Part shown: one piece after another, positions 9,001 through 18,458 of the stretch | Layout of the letters: every line of letters begins with the position of its first letter | How positions within the stretch are numbered: position 1 is the stretch's first letter | Assembly (NCBI GenBank): GCA_963755125.1 | Contig: CAVWIP010000011.1 | Span: 128,001-192,000 of the forward strand | Source: an uncultured delta proteobacterium | GTDB lineage: Bacteria > Myxococcota_A > Polyangia > Fen-1088 | Direction: 5' to 3' | DNA length: 64,000 nt | The notes under the pieces: model-generated | Told to the model about the DNA's origin: nothing | Seen by the model: only the letters and a program-made list of their open reading frames with translations | The model's database searches: none | Translations under genes and position numbers: made by a program

Positions 9001-10197
9001 ATGACTGAGAAACTTTCAAGCGCGAACGGATCTTCACCTAGCGCAACCCCGGCGGGGGTCGCGGCGAGCGCGATTCCGTTCAACCGTTCTGGCATCGAAG
9101 GTCGGGAACCCGATCACATCAGCCAGTCAGTTTCCATCGGTCAAATTTCCGGCGACCAGGGTTACTCGCGCAAGTGCCAGGCGCTACTCGAGCAGGTGCT
9201 GGGCGCGCCCAGGGTCTTTCTCACCACGTCCTGCACCCACGCGCTGGAACTAGCCGCGCTTCTCCTCGACATCGGGCCCGAGGACGAGGTCATCGTGCCG
9301 TCCTTCACCTTCGTCTCGACCGCCAACGCGTTCGTCCTGCGCGGCGCCCGTATTCGTTTCGCCGATATTCGCCCGGACACGCTCAACCTTGACGAGAACC
9401 GGATCGAGGCACTCATCACCTCGCGCACCCGCGCGATCGTTCCGGTTCACTATGCCGGTGTCGCATGTGAAATGGACTCCCTCTTGGCCATCGCGCGCAC
9501 ACGCCGAATTGCGATCGTCGAAGACAACGCCCACGGCCTGTTCGGCAAGTACAAGCAGCGCTGGCTGGGAACACTAGGTTCCCTCGCCACGCAGAGTTTT
9601 CACGAAACCAAGAACATCACCTGCGGTGAGGGCGGGGCTCTGGTGGTGAACGACCCTGCCTTCATCGAGCGGGCCGAGGTCATGCGCGAAAAGGGAACCA
9701 ACCGCAGCCGATTCTTCCGTGGCCAGATCGAAAAGTACTCCTGGGTGGACATCGGTTCGAGCTACGTGATGAGCGACGTCCTGGCCGCGTTCCTTTACGG
9801 TCAACTGGAAGTCTGGCGACAGATTCAGGACAAGCGCCAGAGGATCTGGCAGCGCTACCACGCCGAGCTGCGTGACTGGGCCTTGGCGCGAGACATCCGT
9901 TGCCCAATTGTGCCCGACGGCTGCGATCAGGCCTATCACCTGTACTACTTGATTCTTCCTTCCTTGCAGATTCGCCAAGCCCTCATTGCTTTTCTCCAGA
10001 CCCGAGGAATCCTGGCAGTCTTTCACTACCTGCCGCTACACCTGTCGCCCATGGGCCAGAGGTTGGGTGGCCGGCCGGGCGCCTGCCCGGTGAGCGAAAC
10101 CATGAGCGATCGTCTGTTGCGACTGCCATTCTTCAATTCATTTGATCCGGCGTCCCAGGGACGAGTGATCGATGCCATCCGCGAATTTCGATTCTAG
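9001..10197 (+). CDS. wecE: dTDP-4-amino-4,6-dideoxygalactose transaminase (DegT/DnrJ family)
   Basis: Motifs: IPFN, LTTSCTHALE, PSFTFVSTANAF, VHYAGVACEM, SFHETKN (PLP Lys), REKGTNRSRFFRGQ, VFHYLPLH. Confidence 0.93.
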   Translation: MTEKLSSANGSSPSATPAGVAASAIPFNRSGIEGREPDHISQSVSIGQISGDQGYSRKCQALLEQVLGAPRVFLTTSCTHALELAALLLDIGPEDEVIVPSFTFVSTANAFVLRGARIRFADIRPDTLNLDENRIEALITSRTRAIVPVHYAGVACEMDSLLAIARTRRIAIVEDNAHGLFGKYKQRWLGTLGSLATQSFHETKNITCGEGGALVVNDPAFIERAEVMREKGTNRSRFFRGQIEKYSWVDIGSSYVMSDVLAAFLYGQLEVWRQIQDKRQRIWQRYHAELRDWALARDIRCPIVPDGCDQAYHLYYLILPSLQIRQALIAFLQTRGILAVFHYLPLHLSPMGQRLGGRPGACPVSETMSDRLLRLPFFNSFDPASQGRVIDAIREFRF

Positions 10198-11134
10198 CGA
10201 ACGAATAGACCTTTCGGTGGTCGTGCCCGTGTATCGGGGCGCGCCCTTCCTGCGCGAACTGCACCGCAGGCTGGTTGCCACGCTTGAGCCTTTGTTCCCG
10301 CGCTTCGAGATCGTCCTGGTTGAGGACGGCGGCCCCGACGAATCGTGGAGCCTCATCGAAGACCTCGCGCGCCACGACGCCCGCGTGCGCGGCGTCGCCT
10401 TGAGCCGCAACTTCGGTCAGCACCATGCCATCACCGCGGGCCTGCGCCAGGCGCGCGGGCAGTGGATCGTGGTCATGGACGGCGACCTTCAGGATCCGCC
10501 CGAGGAGATCGCCAAGCTTTGGGCCAAGGCGCAGGAGGGCCATGACTGCGTGCTGGCACGCCGGGTCCGGCGGGACGACCCTTCGGGGATGCGCCTGTCA
10601 TCCTGGCTGTTCTACCGGGTCTTTAATTACCTGGCCGACCTCAACTACCGCTACGACGGCACGGTGGCGAACTTCAGTATCATCTCGAGGCGCGTCGCCA
10701 ACGCCATCAACGATATGGGCGAAGCCGTCCGCTTCTACGGCGGTTTCCTCACCTGGACCGGATTCGCCAAAGCCTATGTCGACGTCACGCACGTGCGCCG
10801 CCCCAGCGGTGAATCGGGCTACACCTTCTTCAAGCTGACGAAACTTGCCACCAATATCATCCTGGCTCACTCCAACAAGCCGCTCAGGCTGTGCGTGTAC
10901 GCGGGCTTGCTGCTCTCCGCGCTCGCCTTCGTGAGCGGGCTGGTTCACATTGTGCGTGTGCTGATGCACGGCTCTCCCGTGATGGGGTGGACCAGCCTGA
11001 TCGTGTCGGTCTGGTTCGGCACGGGTGCCATCATCCTGGCCCTGGGCATCCTCGGCCTGTACATCGACCGCATCTTCACCGAGGTCAAGCACCGGCCCCT
11101 GTACGTCGTGCGAAAGACTACCTTCGATGAGTGA
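10172..11134 (+). CDS. GT2 polyprenyl-phosphate glycosyltransferase (GtrB/ArnC-like)
   Basis: Motifs: SVVVPVY, VEDGGPD, LSRNFGQH, MDGDLQDPP. Two C-terminal TM helices, ending GLYIDRIF.EVK.RPLY. Confidence 0.92.
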   Translation: MPSANFDSSERIDLSVVVPVYRGAPFLRELHRRLVATLEPLFPRFEIVLVEDGGPDESWSLIEDLARHDARVRGVALSRNFGQHHAITAGLRQARGQWIVVMDGDLQDPPEEIAKLWAKAQEGHDCVLARRVRRDDPSGMRLSSWLFYRVFNYLADLNYRYDGTVANFSIISRRVANAINDMGEAVRFYGGFLTWTGFAKAYVDVTHVRRPSGESGYTFFKLTKLATNIILAHSNKPLRLCVYAGLLLSALAFVSGLVHIVRVLMHGSPVMGWTSLIVSVWFGTGAIILALGILGLYIDRIFTEVKHRPLYVVRKTTFDE

Positions 11135-11287
11135 CCCGGCCGCTGTACCTCGCGCTCGACAGCCAGCGCTTCGGAATCCGCATGTTTCGTGGATGCGCGG
11201 ACACCGTCGCGGCCGCTTCAGTGCAAGGCGAATGCCCCTGCGATGTCGCGGCTGTTGGCCTTGGAACCCCGAAGGAGATTAGGCACT

Positions 11288-12088
11288 ATGAGTGACAGCG
11301 AGTCTAGCCTCGACCAAATACGTGAATATTGGACACGACAGGCGCTAGAACATGGCCAATCATCCGCAGCATCATGGTCTGATTTCTCTGCTATTGAAAT
11401 GGAAATCCGCGAAATTCTCAAGTACTTGCTCGATGGCGAGCGCGTTCTGGATATTGGATGTGCCAATGGATACTCCACCATTCAATTTGCCACGCAAAAA
11501 CGGATCGTCATACGTGGTCTGGATCTTATTCCTGAAATGATCACTGAGGCCCGCGCACGCCTAATGGAGGTCATGACTCAATTGCGCGGGACGGTTGATT
11601 TTGATCTTGGCAATATTGCCGGATTGAATGAACCTGACAATACCTATGACAAGGTGGTCGTTGTCCGCGTAGTTATTAATCTAGGGAACTGGGCTCAGCA
11701 GCTACAAGGGTTAGGGGAGTGTATCCGGGTGTTGAAACCGGGGGGATTGCTGTTGCTGTCGGAAGCCACCCTCCAAGGCTGGCGGCAACTAAATGCATTT
11801 CGTCACGAATGGAAGCTGCCCCAGATTCCCATGCCGCCCTTTAATCGTTACCTGGACCAAGAAGAGGTCTGCAAAGCAGTTGCTCCCAGACTTGAGTTGG
11901 TCGACCTTGTAAACTTCGCAAGTACATATTACGTGGGCACTCGAGTCATCAAGCCTTTGCTTGCTCAGGCCTTAGGAGTAGCAGTCGACGTTGCTAATCC
12001 CAAGATGGAGTGGAATCGATGGTTTGCGCAATTGCCGGCGCGGGGCGATTACGGAACCCAGAAACTGTTTGTATTTAGAAAGAGATGA
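11288..12088 (+). CDS. Class I SAM-dependent methyltransferase, low-GC gene
   Basis: VLDIGCANG motif I, GLD, RVLKPGG. GAAGGAG RBS. One sampled line (11401-11460) is 50% GC, visibly lower than the flanks. Confidence 0.88.
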   Translation: MSDSESSLDQIREYWTRQALEHGQSSAASWSDFSAIEMEIREILKYLLDGERVLDIGCANGYSTIQFATQKRIVIRGLDLIPEMITEARARLMEVMTQLRGTVDFDLGNIAGLNEPDNTYDKVVVVRVVINLGNWAQQLQGLGECIRVLKPGGLLLLSEATLQGWRQLNAFRHEWKLPQIPMPPFNRYLDQEEVCKAVAPRLELVDLVNFASTYYVGTRVIKPLLAQALGVAVDVANPKMEWNRWFAQLPARGDYGTQKLFVFRKR

Positions 12089-12159
12089 CATCTGAGGCTC
12101 CTTTTGCTGGCTACCCAACGCTAAGTAAGGGCTCGGCGCGCTTCGTCCAGACAACCCAA

Positions 12160-12882
12160 TCAGCGCGCTGATGTCCTCGGCGCTGCCTTGGGCTTCGTGA
12201 TGTCGGGCGGGCGGCCGTAGCGGGGCACGCTGGTTTCGAGATCGTCGTGCTCGCCACGCGCCAAGCGCGCGAGGGCCAGCCGGCCTACGGCCAGGGCGCT
12301 GGGACCTGCGACCTGGAAGCGCACGGCCTGTGCACCGAGCTGCGCGCGAAAGACGTCCTGATAGCGGTCCACCCCGTTGCCTCCGGCCACCACCGCTGCG
12401 CCGGCGGCCTGCTCCTGCACCGCCCGGCAGACATCATCAGGCCGAAGTGCGATCTCGTCGGTACTGATGGGCGCAGGCGCTTGGCCAGCCACACGATAGA
12501 GGCGGCCGTAAACTTGGCCCTTGCCCGCATCGATACAGGGCAGGACCAGACTTTCTCCCCCAAAACCCGCCAGGTCGGCAGCCAGCGCATCGAGTGACGA
12601 CACCAGCACCAACGGAATCCTGTCGGCCAGGGCCAGGCCCTTGGCCACAGCGAGCCCCACGCGCAGACCGGTGAAGCCGCCCGGGCCGGCCCCGCACGCG
12701 ATCGCGGCTAGGTTCGCCACAGTCACGCCGGTCGCGCGCAGAACCTCGTCGCACAGACGCAGCAGATTGGATGAATGGCGGGCCGCCACTTTCTCGGCCA
12801 TGGCCAGGCAGTCCCCCGTGGGTGAAAGCGCGGCGACCCGCGCGCAGGGGGTCGAGGTGTCGAAGGCAAGCACCGGGCGCAT
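12160..12882 (-). CDS. tsaB: tRNA threonylcarbamoyladenosine biosynthesis protein TsaB
   Basis: Motifs: VLAFDTST, HS..LL, GPGGFTGLRVG, VSSLDALA, IDA.KGQVY, P.Y.R. Lies downstream of rseP. Confidence 0.92.
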   Translation of the reverse strand: MRPVLAFDTSTPCARVAALSPTGDCLAMAEKVAARHSSNLLRLCDEVLRATGVTVANLAAIACGAGPGGFTGLRVGLAVAKGLALADRIPLVLVSSLDALAADLAGFGGESLVLPCIDAGKGQVYGRLYRVAGQAPAPISTDEIALRPDDVCRAVQEQAAGAAVVAGGNGVDRYQDVFRAQLGAQAVRFQVAGPSALAVGRLALARLARGEHDDLETSVPRYGRPPDITKPKAAPRTSAR

Positions 12883-12889
12883 GGATTCC

Positions 12890-14554
12890 TCAGCGTGGCA
12901 GCAGAAAGCGAACGATGTCGTTCTTGAGCGCAAAAGCCACCAGCAGCACCACCAACACCGTGCCCACGTAGGAGGCCACCGCGCGCGCCCGCACCGAGGG
13001 CGGGCGCCGTTTGAACAGCTCGATGGTGATGAACATGAGCCGGCCGCCGTCGAGGATGGGGATGGGCAAGAAGTTGAGCAGGCCGATGTTGATGGACAGA
13101 AGCGCCATCAACCACAAGTACTGGGCCAGGCCCTGCTCGGCCGCCACACCCGCCGCGTAGCCGATGGTCAAGGGCCCGCCCAGCGCCTCGGGCGACATCT
13201 CGCCGCGAATGATCTGGAAAAAACCCTGCGCCGTGAACATGACGATCTCGCCGGTGCGCTCGAAGGCGTGCCCCACGGCATAGAAGAAGCGACTGCGAAT
13301 GGGCACCGGGTCCGCCGTCTTCCACGCAAAACGGTTGGTGGCGCCGAACACCAGACGCTGCTCTTCCTGGTGATAGGCGTCCAGCTGGGAGCGCGCTTCC
13401 TGCTTGAAGGTCGCCTGGTGGCGCACCCCGCCCGGCGACACCCAGGTCAGCTTGAACTCGCGTTGCGGTTCTTGCGCCAGGCGCTGGCGCAGAAGGTTCC
13501 AGTGCAGCAGCGGCTCGCCGTCCAGTTCCAGCACCTGATCCCCGCGCCGCAGTCCGATGCGATCGGCAGGGCTGCCCGGCTCGACCGAGTAGACGAACAA
13601 CTCGGAAGCCTGGATGCCGGTGTCGTAGCGTCGGCCGCTCACCGGATCGATCACGGGCTGGGGAATGACCACCGCGGTGCCGGGCTCCTGGATCTCCACG
13701 TGCACAAAGGGCAGCGCCGAGTGCGTCCCGCGCAGGTACGAGATGCGCAGGGGCGAGGCCCCCGCACGCGCCACCGCACGCTCGAACTCGCTCCAGTGCG
13801 ACACCGGCGTGCCATTCACCGATGTGACGTAGTCGAAGGTTCGCAGCCCGGCCTGGGCCGCCGGCGAGGTCAAATCGATGATGCCGACCTCGGGCAACTG
13901 GAAACGCGGCGAGACCCCGATCCATCCCACCGTCTCCTTCATGTTGAGCGGCCCACGCCGCTCCCAGCGCGCTGGCGTCACGTCGCGCTCCTCGGCCTCG
14001 ATACCACGTCGGATGCCGAAGCGCAGGGTCTTGCCAGGCGCGGCGCTGATCGCCTCGTCCAGCTCTTCCCAGTAGCGGATGTAGCGCCCGTCCACGGTCT
14101 CGATGCGATCACCGGGCATGAGTCCGGCGTTGGCAGCCGGCAGTCCCGCGATGACCGTGCCCAGGGTGGGTGGCAGCAGCGTGCGCTGACCGAGGTAGTG
14201 CACGAAGTAGATGCCGATGGGCAGGATCAAGTTGAACAGCGGCCCGGCCATCACGATGGCGAAGCGTTGCCAGAGAGGTTTGCTGCACAGGGCGCGTTCG
14301 CGATCTCTTTCGGCCAAGGGCTCACCTGCTTCCTCACCCACCAGACGCACGTAGCCGCCCAACGGGAAAAAGAGCGAGAGACGGTACTCGGTGGCGCCGA
14401 CGGTGAGGCTGAACAGCTTGGGTCCGAAACCAAGCGAAAAACGCAACACCTTGACCCCGAACAGCTTGGCCACCAGAAAGTGCCCCAGTTCGTGCGCCAG
14501 GATGAGCACACCGAGCAGCGCCACCACGGCAGCAGTCCACAGCGCGAGCGTCAT
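12890..14554 (-). CDS. rseP: RIP metalloprotease RseP with PDZ domains
   Basis: Motifs: HELGH, FSLGFGP, PLGGYV, AGPLFN, PDZ repeats (AGL.PGD, GSPA..IGL..GD), NFLPIPILDGG. Confidence 0.95.
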   Translation of the reverse strand: MTLALWTAAVVALLGVLILAHELGHFLVAKLFGVKVLRFSLGFGPKLFSLTVGATEYRLSLFFPLGGYVRLVGEEAGEPLAERDRERALCSKPLWQRFAIVMAGPLFNLILPIGIYFVHYLGQRTLLPPTLGTVIAGLPAANAGLMPGDRIETVDGRYIRYWEELDEAISAAPGKTLRFGIRRGIEAEERDVTPARWERRGPLNMKETVGWIGVSPRFQLPEVGIIDLTSPAAQAGLRTFDYVTSVNGTPVSHWSEFERAVARAGASPLRISYLRGTHSALPFVHVEIQEPGTAVVIPQPVIDPVSGRRYDTGIQASELFVYSVEPGSPADRIGLRRGDQVLELDGEPLLHWNLLRQRLAQEPQREFKLTWVSPGGVRHQATFKQEARSQLDAYHQEEQRLVFGATNRFAWKTADPVPIRSRFFYAVGHAFERTGEIVMFTAQGFFQIIRGEMSPEALGGPLTIGYAAGVAAEQGLAQYLWLMALLSINIGLLNFLPIPILDGGRLMFITIELFKRRPPSVRARAVASYVGTVLVVLLVAFALKNDIVRFLLPR

Positions 14555-14680
14555 CCGCTTGTTCTCTCGATGGTCATGGTTGTATTGCGCCCGGCCATGC
14601 TGACAGCTCTCAACGACTGTCTCTTAGCACGCATGCGCGCCGATGTAGATCCCGGCGCGCCCTGGCTATAAGATCTTCCT

Positions 14681-15496
14681 GTGAAGAAGGGTCCGGCTTT
14701 CAGTTTCGAGATCTCGCGCGATGCCATCGACGCGCGGCTGACCGAGATGGAGCGGAAGCTGGAGCGCATGCGCGGGTTGTACGAGTCCTTCTTCATGGGC
14801 GTGGAACGTTCACCGCCCGAGGTGATCCGCCGCGACCTGAACCGCCAGATCCTCGAGATGCAGCAGGTGCCTATCAGCAACGCTTCACTGCGTTTCCGGT
14901 ATCAGGCCCTGACTCAACGCTGGGTTCTGCTCGTCACCTACTGGAACCGCACCATGCGCGAAATCGAGGCGGGAACCTTCAGCCGCGACATGGCCAAGGC
15001 GAAGCGCCACATGGCCCAGCAAGGCTCCTCGGTAATCACCTTGGAGGAGGCGCTGGCCATGGGCATTCCCGAGAGGCGGGCAAAGGCTTTCGTGGCCCAC
15101 CAGCAGGCCGTACAGGACAGACGCGCGGCCGCGGCCAAGGCTACGACAACCAGCGCAGCGCCGGTCCAGACCGCCGAGCCCCCAGCCCGTGCGGAAGTAA
15201 CAGAGCCGAAAGTCGTACCGCCCGCTCCGCAGGCGGCGGGCGAAGAGTCAGGTGAGCCGCCGCCTCTGCCCGGGCTCGCCGAGGCTGAGATGCAGGACGC
15301 CTACCGCCGTTATCTCGAAGCGCACCAGAAGACGGGCGCCGCGAGCCCGCCACCCAGCATGAACAAGCTGCGCCGGCGCCTGGCCAAGCAACTCCCCCAG
15401 GTTCTTGCGGCGAACAACTGCTCGCGCGTTCGGCTGGAGATCGCAGTCGACGACGGCAAGGTTCACCTGCGTGCCTGGCCGGTAAAGGAGTCGTAA
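14681..15496 (+). CDS. MXAN_5187 C-terminal-domain-like myxobacterial protein
   Basis: LYESFFMGVERSPP...LRFRY..L..RW....YWNR..REIEAGT, then an Ala/Pro linker and a C-terminal V.DGKV.LRA. Confidence 0.75.
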   Translation: MKKGPAFSFEISRDAIDARLTEMERKLERMRGLYESFFMGVERSPPEVIRRDLNRQILEMQQVPISNASLRFRYQALTQRWVLLVTYWNRTMREIEAGTFSRDMAKAKRHMAQQGSSVITLEEALAMGIPERRAKAFVAHQQAVQDRRAAAAKATTTSAAPVQTAEPPARAEVTEPKVVPPAPQAAGEESGEPPPLPGLAEAEMQDAYRRYLEAHQKTGAASPPPSMNKLRRRLAKQLPQVLAANNCSRVRLEIAVDDGKVHLRAWPVKES

Positions 15497-15526
15497 CCGC
15501 AGGGCGTCTCTGCAGGACCGGGGCTT

Positions 15527-15551
15527 GCTTAGCTAACACAGCTTAGCTAAG
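15527..15551. promoter_or_regulatory. Tandem palindromic operator of the phd/vapC operon
   Basis: GCTTAGCTAA occurs at 15527-15536 and 15541-15550, each with the TTAGCTAA palindrome. It overlaps a TAAGAT -10 just upstream of the antitoxin start. Confidence 0.75.
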
Positions 15552-15560
15552 ATATGAACT

Positions 15561-15791
15561 ATGCGCACGACGATCCACGCAGCCAAGACGGATCTCTCGC
15601 GGCTCATCAAGAGGGCCTGTGCCGGCGAAGAGGTCGTGATCGCCCGTGGCGACACGCCCGTGGTCCGTTTGGTTCCCCTGGACACGCCGCCACGCAAGCG
15701 CAGGTTCGGCGCACTCAGGGGCAAGGCGCGCACCACCGCGGCGTTTTTCGAGCCGCTTCCAGCCAACGAGCTTGACGTCTGGGAGAAGTGA
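15561..15791 (+). CDS. Phd/YefM-family antitoxin
   Basis: MRTTIHAAKTDLSRLI..A.AGEEVVIARGDTPVVRLVP, with C-terminal FFEPLP..EL..WE. Confidence 0.92.
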   Translation: MRTTIHAAKTDLSRLIKRACAGEEVVIARGDTPVVRLVPLDTPPRKRRFGALRGKARTTAAFFEPLPANELDVWEK

Positions 15792-15794
15792 CAG

Positions 15795-16181
15795 GTGAGG
15801 GTGCTGCTCGACACGCACGCCTTGCTTTGGTGGCTGGATGGTGACCGCCGCCTGTCCCAGCGCGCGCGACGCCTCATCGGCAACGACGAAACCACTGTGC
15901 TGGTCAGCGCCGCGTCGGCCTGGGAGATTTGCACCAAGTTCCGCCTGGGCAGACTGCCCGGCGCGGCAGCGGTAGCCGCTGATGTGACGGGATGCCTCGA
16001 TGGCCAGGGCTTCCTGCCCCTGCCCATTACGGTCGACCACGCCCAGCGCGCCGGCAGCCTGCCTGGTCCCCACCGCGATCCCTTTGACCGGGTCCTGATT
16101 GCACAAGCGCAAGCAGAGGACTTGCCGCTGGTTACCGTGGACCCCGTGTTCAGACTCTACGGAATGAAGCTCATCTGGTAG
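15795..16181 (+). CDS. vapC: VapC-family PIN-domain toxin
   Basis: Motifs: LLDTHALLW, VSAASAWEI..K, HRDPFDR.LIAQA, LVT.D. Starts 3 bp after the antitoxin. Confidence 0.93.
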   Translation: MRVLLDTHALLWWLDGDRRLSQRARRLIGNDETTVLVSAASAWEICTKFRLGRLPGAAAVAADVTGCLDGQGFLPLPITVDHAQRAGSLPGPHRDPFDRVLIAQAQAEDLPLVTVDPVFRLYGMKLIW

Positions 16182-16285
16182 TCCGGCTGACTCGACGCTT
16201 GCTCAAAGCCGCTCGCCAAGAAAACGGCGCAGCCTGGTCGAGATCGAGCGACCGGGACCCCGCGGCGGCGCGTGGCCAAGCGCGA

Positions 16286-16561
16286 CGGCAGTTCTGGAAG
16301 CTTCCTGGAGCCTCGACCAAGCAGCATCCGGCTCCTTTTCCCTTGGAACTCGCCGACCGGCTGGTACGTATGTTTTCGTTCGTCGAAGACACCATCCTCG
16401 ATCCATTTGCTGGCACGGGAACGACCCTGTTGGCCGCGGCTGAGGCATCCCGCAACGCCATTGGCGTCGAAATCGATCCGCACTACCACCGTCTCGCCAA
16501 GGACCGACTGAAGGCGGTCGGCGGCTTGTTTAGCAAGATCACCGTGGAGATCGTCGGCTGA
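16286..16561 (+). pseudogene. C-terminal remnant of a beta-class N4/N6 DNA methyltransferase
   Basis: RQFWKLPGASTKQHPAPFP..L..RLVRMFS...DTILDPFAGTGTT...GVEID contains SAM motif I. No upstream DPPY/SPPY catalytic motif and no credible start. Confidence 0.8.
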
Positions 16562-16670
16562 CCCGGCCTCACCCTGGCTGCCTTGGCCGCCTTCACAAGC
16601 CGCCAACCGGCGCCGGGCAGACATTCTAGTCGGGCGTGACCGGCGCCGTCCGGTGTGGCAACTTGCGGCC

Positions 16671-17012
16671 ATGCCGGCCCCGACCAGCCCACGCAAGCAA
16701 TCGCTCATGCCGTCCACGCCCCTGCGCCGCTTGCTGCGCGCCCACGGCCATGCCCTGCCGGCGGTCGTGCGGATCGGCAAGGCCGGAACCAACCCGGCGG
16801 TCATCGCCCAGGTCGCGCGAGCGCTCTTCGACCACGAGCTGATCAAGGTCAAGCTGGCCCGCGAATGTCCGGAGACGCGCTTCGAGGTGGCCGAACGCCT
16901 GGGCCAAGGCCCGGGTGTCAACGTCGTGCAGATCGTCGGACGCACCATCCTGCTCTACAAGCGCCACCCCAAACAACCGCGTTTCGAGGGCGAAGCGGCT
17001 CTCTCCCTCTGA
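16671..17012 (+). CDS. yhbY: YhbY/CRM-domain RNA-binding protein
   Basis: LR..GH.L..VVRIGKAG, L..HELIKVK, VVQIVGRTILLYK. Start is uncertain (16671 or 16707). Confidence 0.9.
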   Translation: MPAPTSPRKQSLMPSTPLRRLLRAHGHALPAVVRIGKAGTNPAVIAQVARALFDHELIKVKLARECPETRFEVAERLGQGPGVNVVQIVGRTILLYKRHPKQPRFEGEAALSL

Positions 17013-17661
17013 CGTCCTGGTTTCCCACCCGTATGACCACACCGCGCCTGTGGTCAACGTCGTAGCGCCAGCCCCGCTTGGATTCGCTTGTGCGCATGCC
17101 GAGCGTGGCTTGCGTCGAGTCTTCCACACGGCCCGTCTCGGCGTAAGCGCCCGTCTCAAAGCGAATGCCGAGTGCCAGCAACAGGAAAGTCGCAAACCCG
17201 TATCCGCCCCAGGTTCGCGCCCGCAGACTCAGGGTGAAGCAACGGGGCAAGGCCAGAGCCGGGACACACAGGGCCAGCGACCCCAGCAAGGCTCGGTGAA
17301 GGAAGACCGTCTGCGCGGAGTTGCTCAGCCATCCCACCAAACACAGGCCGAGATACATAAGCCCGGCCAGCCCCAAGGCGACAACGGCTGTGGGCGGGCG
17401 GTGCAATCCCAACATTTTCTGCGCGAGAAACCACAGCGCGATTCCACCGGCCGCAGCTCCCAGAACACTGGGCAGAAACGCCGTCCCGACTGACAGCCCG
17501 GCCACGAAGGCCCCGGTCGCCAGCGCAGACGATCGCCACGGCCAGCCGCACCGCCTTCCTGACCAGTACAGAATCGCGACCAGGATCAGAAAGGGAGCCT
17601 GTCCGACCAAGGTCCAGGTCCGGACGTCCCAGAATGCGAGATGCAGGTGGTGAATCGGCAT
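16918..17661 (-). CDS. Multi-TM membrane protein, possibly a degenerate Lgt-like protein
   Basis: About six hydrophobic segments. The 3' end runs 95 bp into yhbY on the opposite strand, which suggests a lost or altered end. Confidence 0.45.
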   Translation of the reverse strand: MPIHHLHLAFWDVRTWTLVGQAPFLILVAILYWSGRRCGWPWRSSALATGAFVAGLSVGTAFLPSVLGAAAGGIALWFLAQKMLGLHRPPTAVVALGLAGLMYLGLCLVGWLSNSAQTVFLHRALLGSLALCVPALALPRCFTLSLRARTWGGYGFATFLLLALGIRFETGAYAETGRVEDSTQATLGMRTSESKRGWRYDVDHRRGVVIRVGNQDVRGREPLRPRNAVVWGGACRAGWCVRRSARR

Positions 17662-17705
17662 CGGCTAACGGCCCGCTGTCATCGTGGGATTCATTGTACG
17701 CTGAC

Positions 17706-18401
17706 CTAGCAAGAGCAGGACCAAGTGTGTGTGGCGTCCCATTGGGGTCGTTCCGCGGGCTGCAGGGAAATCGCCAGCTTCACGTCGCGCGCCACCCCCC
17801 AGCCGTTTGCGTAGATCTCGGCCAGCGCGTTCATGTCGTCCGGGCTCTGGGCCAGCAGGCAACGCAGGTACTTCCCGTAGTTATTGGCTGCACCGACGCC
17901 GGTCCGGTAGACCGAGCAATCGGTGCCCGGCCGCGAGTAAAGCGCGAGCTCATCCTTGCTCAACTTCGTCGGAATATTCGGCTCGCCTGCCTGGAAGCAC
18001 CGATCGATGGTCTGCAGCTCGGCCGCCGAGTCGTAGCCGAGATTCACGTGGCGGCTACGCGCCAGATCGGCGAGATGCTTGGCCTGGGTGACATCGGCCT
18101 TGTGGCCGGCGCGGAAGAGCACACCGTCGAGAGCAAAGGGAAAGGCGGGCGCGTAGCCCAGCCCTGCCGCCTTGACGAAGGCCGCTGGATCCGCATCGGT
18201 CGTGTTCATGCCGATCCAGTACCAGGCCTCGGCCAGACCCGCCTCCGCGGCCTTGCGGGCCAAAGCCAGGGCCTCGGCGTGTTTGTGGTTCCTCTCGAGA
18301 ACCTCGGCTCGCGCCAGCTCTTGCTGCGGGGTTTCCGGAGCCTCGGCGAAGACCGACTTGCCCGCGAGCAAACACACCAGAACCGGAAGCAGGCGCTTCA
18401 T
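17706..18401 (-). CDS. Exported Sel1-like repeat protein, apparently C-terminally truncated
   Basis: Signal peptide, KAAEAGLAEAWYWIG, KAAGLGY.PA, LAEIYANGWGVARD.KLAI, then an abrupt unrelated tail. Confidence 0.65.
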   Translation of the reverse strand: MKRLLPVLVCLLAGKSVFAEAPETPQQELARAEVLERNHKHAEALALARKAAEAGLAEAWYWIGMNTTDADPAAFVKAAGLGYAPAFPFALDGVLFRAGHKADVTQAKHLADLARSRHVNLGYDSAAELQTIDRCFQAGEPNIPTKLSKDELALYSRPGTDCSVYRTGVGAANNYGKYLRCLLAQSPDDMNALAEIYANGWGVARDVKLAISLQPAERPQWDATHTWSCSC

Positions 18402-18458
18402 GACACTCGATCATAGTACGGCCGGGTGCTGACGTCGCCCCGACCACGAGAAAGTCGC

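Noticed and set aside
12521..14671. 716-aa plus-strand ORF and similar long antisense ORFs (7312-8835, 5352-6851, 59594-61012, 63103-63924)
   Set aside because: These are shadow ORFs of real genes caused by high GC3, with no recognisable motifs.
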